From Heteronotia binoei (Eukaryota): a DNA stretch of 64,000 nt. Positions 1-12,879 of the stretch are shown piece after piece. The translations under genes were made by a program, and so were the position numbers. Below the pieces are notes generated by a model. It saw nothing but the letters and a program-made list of their open reading frames with translations. It was not told where the DNA came from and searched no databases. Position 1 is the stretch's first letter; each line of letters starts with the position of its first letter. The DNA lies in the NCBI RefSeq assembly GCF_032191835.1, contig NC_083231.1, positions 31,682,001 to 31,746,000 on the forward strand, in the 5' to 3' direction.

Positions 1-892
1 GCATCCAGAGAAGACTTCTCTATGCTATACACCTGACTCTGGGAACCTAACAGGCAGGGGTTGGCTTTAGTTTGTGTCCCTTTTTGCTTAGTATAGTATT
101 GGTTCTGTTTGTAAGAATCTCTATTCTTAGCAATGGCTTCGTAGCATGAAGATCCATTGCTCTGTATTGATCTCTAAAAAACTTCTGACCATTTTCACAT
201 GAACTGAGTTGACTTGGATCAGTAACTGGCAAAACCTCACACTCCCCCTGAACCTTTTTTTTTCTTCTGAGAGTTCGCTTATGAACGTTAAGTGAAATTC
301 TAGATAAAAATTGTGATGTGAGAGAACTATGTGGAACAAAATGCATTGTATTTATGCTGCAACACTGAGCATGCAGAATCCATAAAGCTAGTTTACAGTA
401 TGGTACACAACCAAGAACAACATAAAAAAGAGAACTAGCTTGGCAGTACAGAAAAGCAATGTGTCACCTATCTCTGAAGGAGATTTATTTCAGATCATCC
501 CTCCTGGGGAGAAAGTTCGAAAGAGGACTGGCCTCTTTCCTTGCCCCTCAGACTAAGTGATATGATGAGAGTAATTGTGATTAGTGTGTCGTTGTATTGC
601 ACCTGCAGACATCCAGATTTACACCCCCACTTGCCATGAAAACTCACTGAGTGACTTGGACCAATCATTCTCAACCCAACCCATGGGTTGTGTGGATTAG
701 GAGGAGGGGATTATTTGGAGGGGGGTTTATTCTGTATGCTTCAAATGAGATTAGTAAATCTCCTTAATCCAAAAGGAAAGGTGGGGTACAAATATTTTAA
801 ATAAAATAAGTAATTAAAACAATTAAATGGAAGAGCAGATACTGAGATAACCTGCCTTGAACTCCTTGGAGGAAGGGTGAGATGAAAACATA

Positions 893-1060
893 CAAGGCCG
901 GCCCTAGACTGTCTGGCACCCTAAGCAAGGCTAACTTCTGATGCCCCTCCCCTGCACTGATAACGTCATTGAGTCACATGGAGGGTGCCCAATTTGGCAC
1001 CTTCAGAAGGCCAGCACCCTCAGCAATCACCTAGATTTCTTAGTGGCAGGGCAGGCCATT
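893..1060. mobile_element. Non-autonomous hAT MITE (CAGGGCCGGCCC-type TIR)
   Basis: Ends CAAGGCCGGCCC / GGGCAGGCCATT; perfect 8-bp TSD AAAACATA (885-892, 1061-1068); second family member at 22914-23077. Confidence 0.85.
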
Positions 1061-1077
1061 AAAACATAGTCAATAAA

Positions 1078-1270
1078 TCATAGAACCATGGAGTTGGAAG
1101 GGACCCTCCAGGGTCACCTAATCCAACTCCCTGCACAATGCAGAAAACTGACAAATATCTCCCTTTATCCCCAGTGACACCTGCTCCAGGTGTCCAGAAG
1201 ATGCCAAAAAAAACCCTTCCAGGATCTCTGGCCAAATTGGCATGGAAAAAATTGCTGCCAATTAATGGTG
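1078..1270 (-). mobile_element. Retroposon fragment with CR1-type 3' tail
   Basis: CATAGAACCATGGAGTTGGAAGGGACC...TCCAAC is the reverse complement of a CR1 3' terminus and matches the 49865 copy for about 70 bp before diverging. Confidence 0.6.
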
Positions 1271-2812
1271 AATGGTAGATAGGATACATTGAGGCTTTGG
1301 ATAGAGCAAGGTGGGTAGCCATATTGCTTCTTTAGATCCATGCTTTATCTGTGGTAGTCAGGATAAGCTGGGAGGGGAAGAAATAAAAATAAGTGGAATG
1401 CTAAGTAATGTTCAGAATGCTTCATGCAGAACAGATGCATTTAAGAAGAGCTCCTCCCGTTCTCTTGAAATTTCACAGATTGTTAATAAGCCATTAAGTA
1501 AAAAATAATCTGATTATTCTTCAGTTTGTCTTGCTGAACTTCACATAAAGATGGGCACCTTCACACCCTTCTATACAACACTTGGCTAAGTTTCATATTA
1601 AGATAGGATTTTCTGGTTTGTGAAGTTATGGAACAGAGCTTCAGAAATGCAGGTGGTTCATTTGACAGAAAGAGATCATACCCAGAGATGAGTGAAAGCT
1701 AGCAGGACTCATACCTGCAATTATAGTGGGCCAGCCCTGGGGGTGGGGGGCACAGTCTCTGACTGTTAAGTGGTTCCTGGTGTGGACTATGTTCCTAGCA
1801 ATTTGAGACAGGCAGTGTGGGCCAGTTGAACAGTTGCGTATCTTGGTGCTGATCTAGCAGGCCCTATGTTTCCTCCACCTTCGGCCCCCAACAAGAAGGG
1901 TAGCAGATCCATAGCAGCAGTGAGTCCCATGCTCCCACACTAGTGGTTGCTACTGAAATGAATAGGAGAGCTCATTCCTTTAAAATGAGCGTTAAGTAGG
2001 AGAACTTTCTGGTAGTTTGCAGTCAGTGAATTTGGGTAGCACCGTTCTCTTTTTGCTTATTCTAATGGAAAAGTTAGAATAGCAGCATGACAGAAGAATG
2101 CTGATACTGTTCTAAATAACTTTCCAGTTATGCAGAGTCACTAGATTAAGCCAGTTTAATCCTACTGGCACAAATGAGACTTGAGGAAAAGCACATCCAA
2201 TTGTTTACCCAAGGCCCATTCATTTCAATAAGGTTTGTTCAGGATGGGAAACATTCCCCCGTAGCTTATGCAAAATGCCGCTAACTGGCCTTAATTCATA
2301 CTGCAGCTTAACAGGGTGGCCGACAGAGCCACGTTTTAACCATGGCTTCCACCACAGCGGCAAGAACAGACTGAGTCAAAGCTGTTCATTTTACATAAAT
2401 GTTTTTGGAATTTCTTTTCAACCAATTCCTAGGTGGCATATGAAACCTTATAAGGCAGCAGATTCTTCATGGTCTCACAAAAAAAGCTTTCTATAACTTT
2501 CAAAGTAGAACATTAAAGGGAGTTCTGCGACTCCAAGGTCTGCGCAACTTTGGAAGATTGAATCATATTATTTTCCCCCAGAAGTTACAGGCAACAGTGA
2601 GAAAGTCTGGCCAGTTTCTCATGACTCTCCATAGATCTCCTTTCACTTTTTAAATATGCAACAGAAGTAATAAATCTGGAACAAGCCAGAGTAGCACTCA
2701 GCATGTATAATTATGTGCATAAGCACATTTTGTAGATTCCAGCCCCCCCGCCTGGAATATTTTTCATTTGCTTTCATTTTTTAAAATGTCATTTGTATTT
2801 ATTATATTCCTT

Positions 2813-3034
2813 GAGAGCCCGCATGGCATAGTGGTTAGAGCATCAGACTGAGAGACCCAGGTTTGAATCTTAGCTCTGCCATGGAAGCTTACTGGGAGAC
2901 CTGGAACCAGACACACATTTTCAGATGAACCTACCAGACAGAATTGTTGTGAACATAAAACCAAGAGAGGAGAACAATGTGAATCACTCTTGGGGACCCA
3001 CTGGAGAGAAAGATGCAGATAAACACATTAAATA
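2813..3034 (+). mobile_element. tRNA-derived SINE (Squam3-like), degraded
   Basis: A/B-box-like head (TGGCATAGTGGTTAG...GGTTTGAATC) and L2-like AT-rich tail; homologous to the minus copies at 8328 and 18580. Confidence 0.75.
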
Positions 3035-3035
3035 A

Positions 3036-3784
3036 ATGAAGAATTGTGAGGAACTCCAAAGGGATCTGTTGAAGTTGGGTGAGTGGGCGTCAACGTGGCA
3101 GATGAAGTTCAATGTGGCCAAGTGCAAAGTAATGCACATTGGGGCCAAGAATCCCAGCTACAAATACAAGTTGATGGGGTGTGAACTGGCAGAGACTGAC
3201 CAAGAGAGAGATCTTGGGGTTGTGGTAGATAACTCACTGAAAATGTCAAGACAGTGTGCGATTGCAATAAAAAAGGCCAACGCCATGCTGGGAATTATTA
3301 GGAAGGGAATTGAAAACAAATCAGCCAGTATCATAATGCCCCCGTATAAATCAATGGTGCAGTCTCATGTGGAATACTGTGTGCAATTCTGGTCACCGCA
3401 CCTCAAAAAGGATATTATAGCATTGGAAAAAGTGCAGAAAAGGGCAACTAGAATGATTAAAGGTTTGGAACACTTTCCCTATGAAGAAAGGTTAAAACGC
3501 TTGGGGCTCTTAGGCTTGGAGAAACGTCAACTGCGGGGTGATATGATAGAGGTTTACAAGATTATGCATGGGATGGAGAAGGTAGAGAAAGAAGTTCTTT
3601 TCTCCCTTTCTCACAATACAAGAACTCGTGGGCATTCAATGAAATTGCTGAGCAGTCGGGTTAGAACGGATAAAAGGAGGTACTTCTTCACCCAAAGGGT
3701 GAATTTTTTGGCCACTGTGTGACACAAAGTGTTGGACTGGATGGGCCATTGGCCTGATCCAACATGGCTTCTCTTATGTTCTTA
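3036..3784 (+). mobile_element. CR1 LINE 3' fragment (ORF2 C-terminus and 3' UTR), 5'-truncated
   Basis: ORF 3036-3722 has CR1 motifs WQMKFNVAKCKVMH, ERDLGV, LEKVQKRATRMI, LRGDMIEVYKI; ends in the CTTATGTTCTTA tail; about 230 bp of 3' UTR deleted relative to the 62357 copy. Confidence 0.95.
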
Positions 3785-4384
3785 ATTATTGCAGGTCTAT
3801 TCTCTGACTATTCTGTTTGTTTCCAGGCCCACTGGGAATGATATGTCCTCTTCCACATCTTCCTACTCTTGGCGGCACTCAGTGACTGGTTTTGCTGCTG
3901 TAAATCAGGTGTAGGTTCATGGTGGTGACAGCCAGTCCACTGGTAGGGAGAAATTCTTTGGTGTGGACTCACTCCCTGAGAATTCCAACTTACTGGGTGG
4001 GAAACAAAAAAAGTTACAGTCAATGTATTTCCTCAATGGAAACATGAAATGCTAGTATATGCAGAGTTGCATTCAATGAAGTTTACTTCACCAGTAGGAT
4101 TGGAAGAAGCAGTAATTAACATTAGCAGCCAAAAAACCTTTAGGATGGACCAACCTTACAGGCAGACAAGAAGCACCAAAAAAGACAGGAAAAGGCAAAA
4201 GAGGCATTAGGAATGTTGCCACTTCTGTTGTGAATGTGTTTGACAATCAAATGTAACAAATTCAGAAGTGTTGATCAGTCATATGGCAGTGTGTATCCTA
4301 TAGCCAGGAGATCCTAAGATTGATTGGCAGTGAGAAGTTCTAGCCCTTTTAGCATTATGCACCACTAGTTGGCAAGCTAGACTT

Positions 4385-4550
4385 GTTTTTCAGGCAAGAG
4401 ACATTTCAGAGGTGGTTTGCCATTGCCTGCCTGTGCATCATGGTCTTGGTATTCCTTGGAGGTCAGCCATCCAAATACTTGCTAAGGCCAACCCCAATTA
4501 GTTTCTGAGATCTAATGTGATTGGGCTAGCCTGGGCTATCCAGGTCAGGG
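4385..4550 (-). mobile_element. 5S rRNA-derived SINE (SINE3) with Bov-B/RTE-type tail
   Basis: Reverse complement gives a degenerate 5S head followed by GGCAATGGCAAACCACCTCTG. Confidence 0.8.
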
Positions 4551-5154
4551 TGGAAGGCAGAGTTTAAGGAGAACATGAAGCTCAGAAGTGATGTGATAGC
4601 AAAGTCCACCCTCCAAAGCTACCATTTTTCTCTAAGGGAAATTATTGTTATTTTATATACTCTGTTCCTCTATTGTTATTTTAAGTGATACTCAAATATT
4701 TTGTAAGTATTTTAGCTTTGCCTTTTAGCTTTTGTTAACTTGTTCTGATTTGTGCTGGTCATTGACGATATTAAAATCAAACAAGCAAACGAATTCCCAG
4801 TGGGGAAGGAGAGACTCTTTCCTCCTTTTGTCCACCTACCTGCTGCCACTGCGGCCACTACAAGTAAGTGGTGTTGGGTTGGTGAAGAGATGGTGTTGTT
4901 ACTGTCGGGGGGTGGAGAGCTTATGGGGAGGGCCCAGCAATTTACAGTTAGAAATGTCTGAAAAAAAGGTGCATTTTGTCCAAGAATTGCCCAATGTCAT
5001 TACTAATTTGCAAGGCTCTTTGAAATTGGAGCCTGGGGAAGCCTGCCCATTGCTATTCAACTTTTGCTTGGTCTGTTTGACATATTCAGTTAGAATGTGT
5101 CTTGTCAGACAATGTTTGAACTAAGGATCAGATCAATAATTTATATGTTTGAAC

Positions 5155-5841
5155 TAGGCTTGCCAATCCCCAGGTCCCAGTGGGGGTTCTTTCACTTTCC
5201 CAGGCTCCTTCCCACCCCCAGTCAGCTGGCCGGCGGAGAGAAGCCCCGCCCCCAGAGGACCATGTGCCTTTCCACCTCCGGAGGCTTCAGTCTCTGATTG
5301 AAAGGCTTTCTCTTGGGATGGTGTGTCTGTGTTACTTTGAAGAAGTTGACAGCAACTTGGGAGTAGAGAGGCCAATCCCTTGCTTCAGAGTTGCCAGAAA
5401 GGGGGGTGGGATAATGAGCACTTCATTATTCCCTATGTGGAGATTGATTCTCATAGGGTATAATGGGGAATTGATCTGGATGTTTTGGGGGCTCTGGGAC
5501 AACTGTTTTTTGAGTTAGTGGCACCAAATTTTCAGTATAATATCTAGTGCCTCTCCCCAAAGTACCCCCCAAGTTTCAAAATGATTGGACCAGGGAGTTC
5601 AATTCTATGAGCCCCAAAAGAAGGTGCTCCTATCTTTCATTATTTCCTATGGAAGGAAGACATTTAAAAAGGTGTGGTGTCCCTTTAAATGTGATGGCCA
5701 GAACTCCCTTGGAGTTCAATTATGCTTGTCACACCCTTGTTCCTGGCTCCGCCCCCAATGTCTCCTGGCTCCAGCTCCAAGGTCTCCTGGCTCCACCCCC
5801 AAAGTCCCTAGATATTTCTTGAATTGGACTTGGCAACCCTC
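5155..5841. mobile_element. hAT MITE, TAGGGTTGCCA family (long variant)
   Basis: Ends TAGGCTTGCCA / TGGCAACCCTC; TSD GTTTGAAC / GTTTGAAT (7/8); right half closely matches 18807-19316. Confidence 0.9.
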
Positions 5842-6774
5842 GTTTGAATTAAGGATCAGATCAATAATTTATCTAGTTCACAATCTTCTACCATGTCCAA
5901 CAAGATGTTTCTGTGAGGCTACTTATGAGCAGAGCATGAAAACAGCAATCCTGCCCAGTTGAGTATAAATGGTATCTAGGTCATGGATATACTGCCTTTG
6001 AACATTGAGTTTCCATTTACCTATTATGACTAATAACCATTGACATGTCTATCCTTCATAAATTTACCTACTCTCTTTTAAAAGCATTTCATACATGTTG
6101 TATAAGAAATCTTCCTTCTTCAGCAGAAATGAACCTGTTTCCTGTTTCTTTTTATCTGAGGAATTTTAAAAGGCTTCTTACTGCTAACTATCAGGCATTT
6201 TATAATTTCTGCAGCATTCACTAGATATGGTAATGTATATACCCAGCTGATCATAAACAAGATAGAGAAAAATGTCACTCTAAAGTCAAATGTGGCAATC
6301 AGGCCTCATTTTTGATGTTTTATGCTAAAAAAAAAGTTAACCTTTCATCATTTTTCTTGCATCTACAATTCTTCTATGTTATGTGATCTTCCCTTAACAG
6401 TCAGCTTGTTCATAGATGAAAGGTTTTAATTTTAGGTGTTTCAGGTTTTTACCCCATCATATGGAACCTCTAATCTGATTGGGTGAAGATGTGCCAAATA
6501 AATGCTTTCTGTTTAGTGAGATGTGCCAAATAAATGCTATCTGTTTAGTGAATGCTTCATGGTTTTATTGTTGCTATATTTTTTAAGTTTACAAAGGTAG
6601 GAGATGCTGTCTACTTTTGCAACTCAAAAACTAGCTCTGCCATGCTCAATATTTTCAGAATTGTTTTGAGGAGAACTTGAAATACTGCAAAAGCTTTTCC
6701 ATCTAAAAGTAACTTCAAAGCAGTGGTGGTGGTGGTGATAATGAAGAAGAATTGTTGCAGTCATGTATTTCACT

Positions 6775-7845
6775 GGTAGATGTGTCCTGCAATTCAAGAT
6801 ATAGCCAAGTTAATAGGAATTGCAGATGTATTTTTGCAAGATTCTTCCTGTTTCAAGCAACACTGTCTTCTGGAGCTGAGCTGGTATTATTTGCTCAATG
6901 CCCAGAATGTCTAGATGTCTCTTGAGACTTCTAGGCACTGCTCCAAGGACTCCAGTGACAATTGGCACAATGGTCACCTACTTCTCCCAATGGTGCTCTA
7001 ACTCTGTTTGTAAGTCCCAAAGAATCTTAGTTTCATCATTTCTTGTTTGGTTTTTTCTAGCTGATGGTAAGCCATACTTCTTGAAAATATTCCAGTCCAA
7101 CATGCGGTAGCTGCAACTCTATTGTGATGTTCTTTATAGTTAGAGCAATTTTATGGCAGACACTGTCCATGTGGTTGACTGTTTTGTCCTTTGTCTTGCA
7201 AAGTTGGCATTTGCTGTTATCACTGGTCTCCTGAATCTTCACACTATTTTATTCTATTTGTTTCATAGTGAATTTCGTACTATTTGTTTCAAGTGCCTTC
7301 TCTGTGCTGCTAGAATGAGTCTTCCCACCTCTTCCACCTAATTTTCTTGGTAAGTGAAGATGATCAACATCACATCTAGGGTGTAGTAAGTGACGCATTG
7401 TTATTATCTTGCCATAATATTATTTTGTTTCCAAACTAAAATGCCAGCTGTGTATCTTAGAACTTGGATTGTCCACATGTTAATTGCCTTTGCTGTGTGG
7501 CCTCCATTTAATTGTATTCACAATATCTTTTTCACTCTTTGGCCATACTCCTTGATTGCATTTTTCTTAACAAGTATATGTTTGATGTGGTCAACTTCCA
7601 AAATGCCAAGGTATTTGTGGTTTTCTTCAATTGCTTCAATTTTCTTCAATTGCTTCAGTTGTGTTTTTGTTGTTGTTTGTCATCTTGATTTCCTCACGTT
7701 CAACAAAATTTCCTCTGTTCAGTGCTAACGTCACACACTTGTTAAGGCCAAATTCCATTGCTATACCTTTGCTGAATATTCGAACTCTATGTAGTAAAGA
7801 ATCTCTGGTGATAACTTTCCAAACATTTTCAAGATTTGCACTTTT
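6775..7845 (-). mobile_element. R4/Dong-clade non-LTR retrotransposon fragment (RT C-terminus, zinc knuckle, RLE endonuclease), decayed
   Basis: Minus-strand peptides MEFGLNKC, KCQLCKTKDKTVNH..VC..IA and VPIVTGVLGAVP fit the RLE-type C-terminal layout; multiple stops and frameshifts. Confidence 0.75.
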
Positions 7846-8200
7846 GCTGCAGGCACTGTGATTGACTGTTTCATCCTTTGTCTTGCAAAGCTGGCATTTG
7901 CTATCATTATCATTATTATGTGAATTGTCACAAACATATATTTGACTGGTAAATGGTATTCTGCTATTCAAGACCCAGTCAAGTTCTTGAGAATTGCAGA
8001 TATATTTGCTTATCCAAGCAACATTGTCTTCTGGACCCAAGCTGGTGTTACTTGCTCAGTGTTCCAAAGGGCTCCAATGACAACTGGCATAAACTTCTCC
8101 CAGAAACACTCAAACTCTATTTGTAGGTTTTGGTATTGGTATTGTAATCTTCTCTTATTCTCCTATTCTTTCTTTTTGCTGTCTCCTGGGACTGAAATGT
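7846..8200 (-). mobile_element. Second, internally deleted R4/Dong-like 3' fragment
   Basis: Repeats KCQLCKTKDETVNH and the 3'-terminal region seen at 6775-7230. Confidence 0.6.
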
Positions 8201-8327
8201 CAGTGATCCAAACCCTGCTTCCATTTTATTATTATTAGCTTCCACTGGATTGTGGCATTATCAGTTTAAGCTGCTAGACGTTGCTTTACTTTATTTTTTA
8301 CTACTGATTTATGATTTTAGTTGTTAT

Positions 8328-8520
8328 TTAATTAATTTATACCCCACATTTATCTCCACTGGGGACCCAAAGTGACTTACATCATTCTCCTCTCCTCCAT
8401 TTTATCCTCACAACAAACCTGTGAGGTAGGTTAGACTGACAGTATGTGGCCAGCCCAAGGTCACCCAGTGAGCTTCTATGGCATGAGTGGGGATTCAAAC
8501 TGAGTCTCCTAGGCATGACT
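8328..8520 (-). mobile_element. tRNA-derived SINE
   Basis: Reverse-oriented copy of the 2813 family (TTTATACCCCAC...GGGGATTCAAAC). Confidence 0.75.
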
Positions 8521-9734
8521 CAAGTAATTAGCTAACAGAGCTCTGAGAGGTATTGGATGACGGACCTTCAAAAAAGCTCAATTTGTTCAAGTTTATATTT
8601 AAGCATTAAAAATGGTAGTCCAGTCACCTATGTTAAGACAAAAAAGCTAAAATTAATGATGCAAGCTAGCTGCCACTTTAGCTAGCCATTAGTATTTATT
8701 GCTTCCAGAGCTCACCATAGGAGATAGTTCCAAATGCTAAGGAGAAATCAGAGGCCCTCCTTAGGGCCTCAGTGATGACCACAGAAAGAGAAGTGGCATC
8801 TCATTTCAGCACAATGAGCAGGTCACTCATTCCAGCACAAGAAGCAAGGCCATGAGATCATGAAAGATGGTGTCCATCACCTTGGCAAGTAGTTTGGGCA
8901 CATATCAGCAACCTGCTGGTGGTACTAGAGATAGTTGCCAGGGCAATAATGGCAGAACTTGAGAAAGACAAAACACATATGTCTTGCAGGGAAGGGGTCA
9001 GAACATGTAGAACCTACTCCTGGGCATGCCCAGAGAGATTATGAGGAAAAACAGGATGTTTAAACTCCAGTCCTCTCTAAGAAGGGGAAGGACAGAAAAT
9101 ACTCTGGGATGGCCCTCAGCAGGTCAGTGCTAGCTGTTACATATTAGTAACACCTGCAATCTCTCCTACATAATAGTTGGGATTGATCGCTAGGTCTTCA
9201 AATAGTGAGGTGTTGTAACTTGAGGTCTTATAATGTGAACGTAAAGGTGTAAAACAGCCAGCCATTCCTAGAGTAGTAATACCATGTTAATGCATTTTTA
9301 TTTTTGCTTGTTACTTTTTAAGAGCCTTTTAAATTAAAAAAGTGACTAATAAAAATAGTTGCATCACTAGTAGCCCAAGTGTGTATTGTTCTCTATGTGC
9401 AATTCAACTGAAGCAGGTTATAATTATTTTTTTAATTATTCTTCCTTACCAAAGGGTAAACCACCTGCTGCTGTCAATAGACTGGACCCAAAAGAGCAAA
9501 CAGTTGTACTGAAATTGATTTAGTGGTGTGATCTCTTGTAGAACATGTCACCACAGTTTTCTTCTGTGCATGTGTGCATGTCTCAATGTTTCATAATATT
9601 TTAATAAGACTTTGGATACTTCTCTGCCATATTTGTATCTCCTCCCTCATAATTCTCCCTTTGTCTATTTTATCCCTTCGTTGAGAGAGAATGGGCACTT
9701 AATGAGTTTCACAGCTGAGTGGGAATTTGAACTT

Positions 9735-9948
9735 GGTGGTAGTGGAAAGTGTTGTCAGGTCACAGCTGACCTATGGAAACCCCATAGGGTTTTTAACACA
9801 CGAGACATTCAAAGGTGGTTTGCCATTGTCTGTCTCCACATCACTATCCTAGTATAACTCAGAGATTTCCATCCAAATACTAGCCAGGGCCAACTCTGCT
9901 TAGCTTCTGAGATCTGTCAAGGTTAGGCTAGCCTGAGCTATCCATGTC
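9735..9948 (-). mobile_element. 5S rRNA-derived SINE with Bov-B tail
   Basis: 5S head and GGCAATGGCAAACCACC...GACTTGAC tail on the minus strand. Confidence 0.8.
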
Positions 9949-10066
9949 TATCTGAACTTGAGTCTCTCCAATCCAAGGCCAGCGACTACTCCACACACTT
10001 CTCTGTAATTGTGAATATGCACTTGGGGCAGAGGAAATTATATATATATATAGCAGCCCTACATTC

Positions 10067-11020
10067 TGTAACTGAGAGGCGCTGCCTGTCAATATGGAGC
10101 ACCCCAATACCTAGTGTGAGAGAGTGGGGCTCCTATTTCTGGAAACAAAATGGAGTCTGACCAGAAACAGGCCAAGAAATACTTCATACAAAATGAAGTA
10201 GAGAGCTTGTTCTAGTCATACCTGAAGGCTTCCTCTCAGTGCAACCCCACCTAGTTCCTCCACCTCCGCCCAAACAGGATGCATAACAACAATGGGGACT
10301 GCTGGTAAGTATTACTTGCACCCTAATCTTCCAATACTGATCAATAGCCTCTTCTTTCGACCCATCACCCCACCCAGCCACCTCTATTCACTTCCATGAT
10401 TAGACCCACCCTGTATTTCCAAGTCATTGTCTGTCCTAGAAGGTTTCTTCCTGAGTGTCAGCCCAAAACCAGTACCAAACCACCCAGTTACACCCTGGCC
10501 CATCCTCTCAGCGAATACCTTAAAATCCTGACCTATTATTTTTTATTAAGAATCTATTCAAGAAGGCCATCTCCAGGCCATTAAAGACTCCTTAGTAACT
10601 AAAGGGTCCCCCACCCCTCAGAACTTTATATAACACGAGCTGGAAATGCATTTTAGTGTGCATTCTGTAGGGCGCCATTTGCAGTCTGTACCCCCGTTAC
10701 GCCTGTAACTGGGTCTATAGGGCTTGCTACGCTGGTCGTGCTTGTCCCTCTCTCCAATTTTTCCTGCTGAAACGGACGTCTCCTCTTCTGGATCATGTGA
10801 CTGTTACCCTACTCAACAATCTCTAAATTTCTCTATCAATACCCTCTACCCTTCCTAGTTTCTTGATTGCCTGCATTGTGTATTTGTGTGTGTGTGAATC
10901 TATTTTGTTACATATTTTGAGTAAACATTATAAAATACGCTTCCCTGGAGTATTCTTGCTGAAAACCCGAACTCCGTATCATTGAAGTAAAAGATCCATC
11001 GCTCCTAATTCGCTCTATCA
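10067..11020 (+). mobile_element. Probable solo LTR (ERV-like)
   Basis: TGTAAC...CTATCA ends, TATA-like TTTATATAA (10625-10633), AGTAAA (10920-10925), retained CpGs; no TSD found, so boundaries are tentative. Confidence 0.5.
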
Positions 11021-12294
11021 AGTCTCTTAGCTAATTTCCCCATTAAAAATAAGAGACTCAAAGCATTTCCGGTAACAATTCACAAAACCATCTGAAAGTA
11101 GAGAGGGTGAGTCATTCACCTTGGGGCAATTCTTACATGGCCGCACTGCTGTTGTAGATTTGCTCTCACAATCCAAATGCTGTATTTTGCCTTCTGATGA
11201 TTTTCCTTTGAGAGGGTTGCTTTGGAATCCTGGAAAGACTCCCAAGAGCAGTTTTGTCATTTCTCTGTTTTACTAGAAGGTACTGTATTGTGTTCATCCA
11301 TCACAATCATTTTGCTAAGGAAGGTTACTTACAGCATGGCTCATCTCCTACTCCAGTCTGCTCATAAAAAGATAGAAGTTTGAACTCTGTAAATTTGTAT
11401 AGCTCATAAAAGTGAAAGACTGATAATGCTACTTAAGGACAGACGTACTGTGAATAGGCTTCCTGCCACAGACCCCGGAATTTGTTATAAAATGAATTAT
11501 GCACTAGGCTTCTCAAACACCAGTGGCTTATTTAACTTCTGAGTATACAGCAGCATACTGTCTCTCTATATTAGCCTCGGAGCTAGATTCTCTCTCCACT
11601 GAAAGCCACTTTCAATTGCATGCCATGGTTATGTTTGCTGCACCTACGCTGGTGCTAACATTGATTATTCTGGCAAGAAATGTGTACATGCTGAAAGACT
11701 AACAATTATTCCTCAACCTGCATTCATCAGGGCTTCCTATTTCTCTGTTGCCTGCATAGTAATATGCATTTAATTAATATAAATTGTAATATAATTCACT
11801 GTTAAACTCTCTGGTGCTTTATCCAAGTAGTTAGATGTCCCTTCACAGATTTCTCCCCTCCTTTTCCATGGTCCTTTGAACCTTGGATCATGATGTCCAC
11901 TGCTTGAGGGCCTGGCATCCTTTTATAGCAATGAGTTCTGCCTTTCCTGCTCTTTCCCTTTTTCCTTCTGTTTCTTTCCAGTTTGCTTTGTTGGGGTGCA
12001 AGTCTGCCCCTAGGAGACCTCCCTCAACTGCTGTGGGATTACCAAATAGGAGAGGCAGCCTTCTCTTCCCATCTTGCTTTCTCTGCACCCCTCTGGATTT
12101 TCTCTTTCTATCACCAGCCTCTCCAGCACTTAGAGATATGACCCCTGTGCACTACATGCCATGGTCACTCTGGAGGGGCTTCACAGTGGTGTGGCTGACT
12201 TAATTACCTCAAAGCTACATCAACCTATTTTAAAAACAATATCATAGCTCTGGAAAAGGTTTTTGCCATCTTCTTACATCTCCTTAAGAAAAGA

Positions 12295-12520
12295 GTAAGC
12301 TTTTATGCCCCACTTTTCTCTACTTTAAGGAGTCTCAAAGAGATTTACAATCACATTTCCTTCCTTTTCCCACAACAGACACCTTGTGAGGTAGGTGGAG
12401 CTAAGAGAGTTCTGAGAGAATTTATGACCAAGCTCACCTGGCAGGCTTCATGTGAAGGAACAGGAAATCAAACCCAATTCTTCAGATGAGAGTCTGCTGC
12501 TCTTAGCCACTACACCACCC
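12295..12520 (-). mobile_element. tRNA-derived SINE (Squam3-like)
   Basis: CCACAACAGACACC...GAATCAAACCC-like...AACCACTACACCA pattern shared with the 38952 copy. Confidence 0.8.
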
Positions 12521-12879
12521 TATATCTCAGTGCTAAAGGAACTGAGGCAATGAGAAAGTCTTTGGAGTCTTTTAATTTATTTTAAAAAGTGTGTCTAAAA
12601 TTATGAAAAGTGACAATACTAGAATGTGGGATCACCCAATGAAGCAGTATGACAAAAGGTTTAGGAATGATAAAAAGAAATAATAATATCAGCAGTTCAT
12701 TATCACCAAGTACAATGATAGCTAGACTAACAAGAAAAAGGAATTCTGGGTAGATGGCTGAGATTTTATTTATTTATTGAAAATATTTATATCCCTCCTT
12801 ATCCTGTCAGACTCAAGGTTGCAAGTAAAGCAGTAAGAGCTTCAAGGACACAAAAAACTTAATAAGTATCCAACAAGAA

